From Camelus dromedarius (Eukaryota), in NCBI RefSeq assembly GCF_036321535.1, contig NC_087436.1, positions 4,278,001-4,342,000 of the forward strand: 64,000 nt of DNA, read 5' to 3'. The position numbers and the translations under genes are program-made. Below the pieces are notes generated by a model that was not told the DNA's origin, did not search any database, and saw nothing but the letters and a program-made list of their open reading frames with translations. Below are positions 63,540 through 64,000 of the stretch, piece by piece. Numbering within the stretch: the first letter of the stretch is position 1; each line of letters opens with the position of its first letter.

Positions 63540-64000
63540 TGCCCGCAGCGAGGACTCGGTTCCCTGCTCACCTATACACTCCCCACACTCCGGGAAAACG
63601 TCGGCAAAACTCCGCGGGATGCGCGGGCCTCCTCCCCCTCCCTTCACCCCCAATTCCCCTTCCCGGGGCCACTCACACGTTAGAGAAGAGCGGAGCGCTG
63701 GAAGTGGGCTGGTTCCCTTCCTCCTCCGGGCGAGGCGGCAGCTGCGGCAGGTCCGCGCGTTACCGAGGAAGCAGCGGCGCTGGTACCGCTAAGCCGGGCG
63801 GCCACCCGGGTGTCTTCCGCGCCCGCGGAGCAGAGGAGGCGGCGGCCCCAATTACCTCCTCTCTCTTCCTCTTCCTGGATCTCTTCAGGCTGGGTCTTCG
63901 GCCCGTCCCGGGCCACTTGTTCCCGGACAGTCACGTTTGGGAGGCTCCGGATTTCGTTTCCGTAGTTTCCTCTGGGCAGAAGCCGCGGGTCCCCCGGGTG
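63540..64000. promoter_or_regulatory. CpG island (continues past the window) with minus-strand donor GAG|GTAATT (63856/63855)
   Basis: Dense CpG; ATTACCTC at 63851-63858. Confidence 0.8.

Overview
Mammalian genomic DNA, most likely camelid: it holds about ten copies of a tRNA-Ala-derived SINE of the vic-1 type. It is dominated by repeats, and no complete known protein-coding gene could be identified. The left third (1-20 kb) looks like a pericentromeric-type mosaic. It contains rearranged LINE-1s, a U6-L1 chimera, a duplicated CpG-rich module with an antisense splice donor, and a 5.8-kb diverged ~220-bp satellite with A-B-C trimer organisation and an internal inversion. The remainder has a CpG island with a VNTR (27.3-28.5 kb), a candidate plus-strand three-exon transcript (34-39.7 kb), and a candidate minus-strand spliced transcript starting in the CpG island at the right edge. 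The most unusual element is a 3'-truncated class II endogenous retrovirus (41.3-45.3 kb, minus strand). It has a primer site most similar to elongator tRNA-Met, a signal-peptide/N-glycosylated ORF upstream of gag, a degenerate dUTPase domain in pro, and RT/NC motifs that mix beta-, delta- and lentivirus-like features. All family assignments come from recalled consensus motifs matched by eye; no database search was run.
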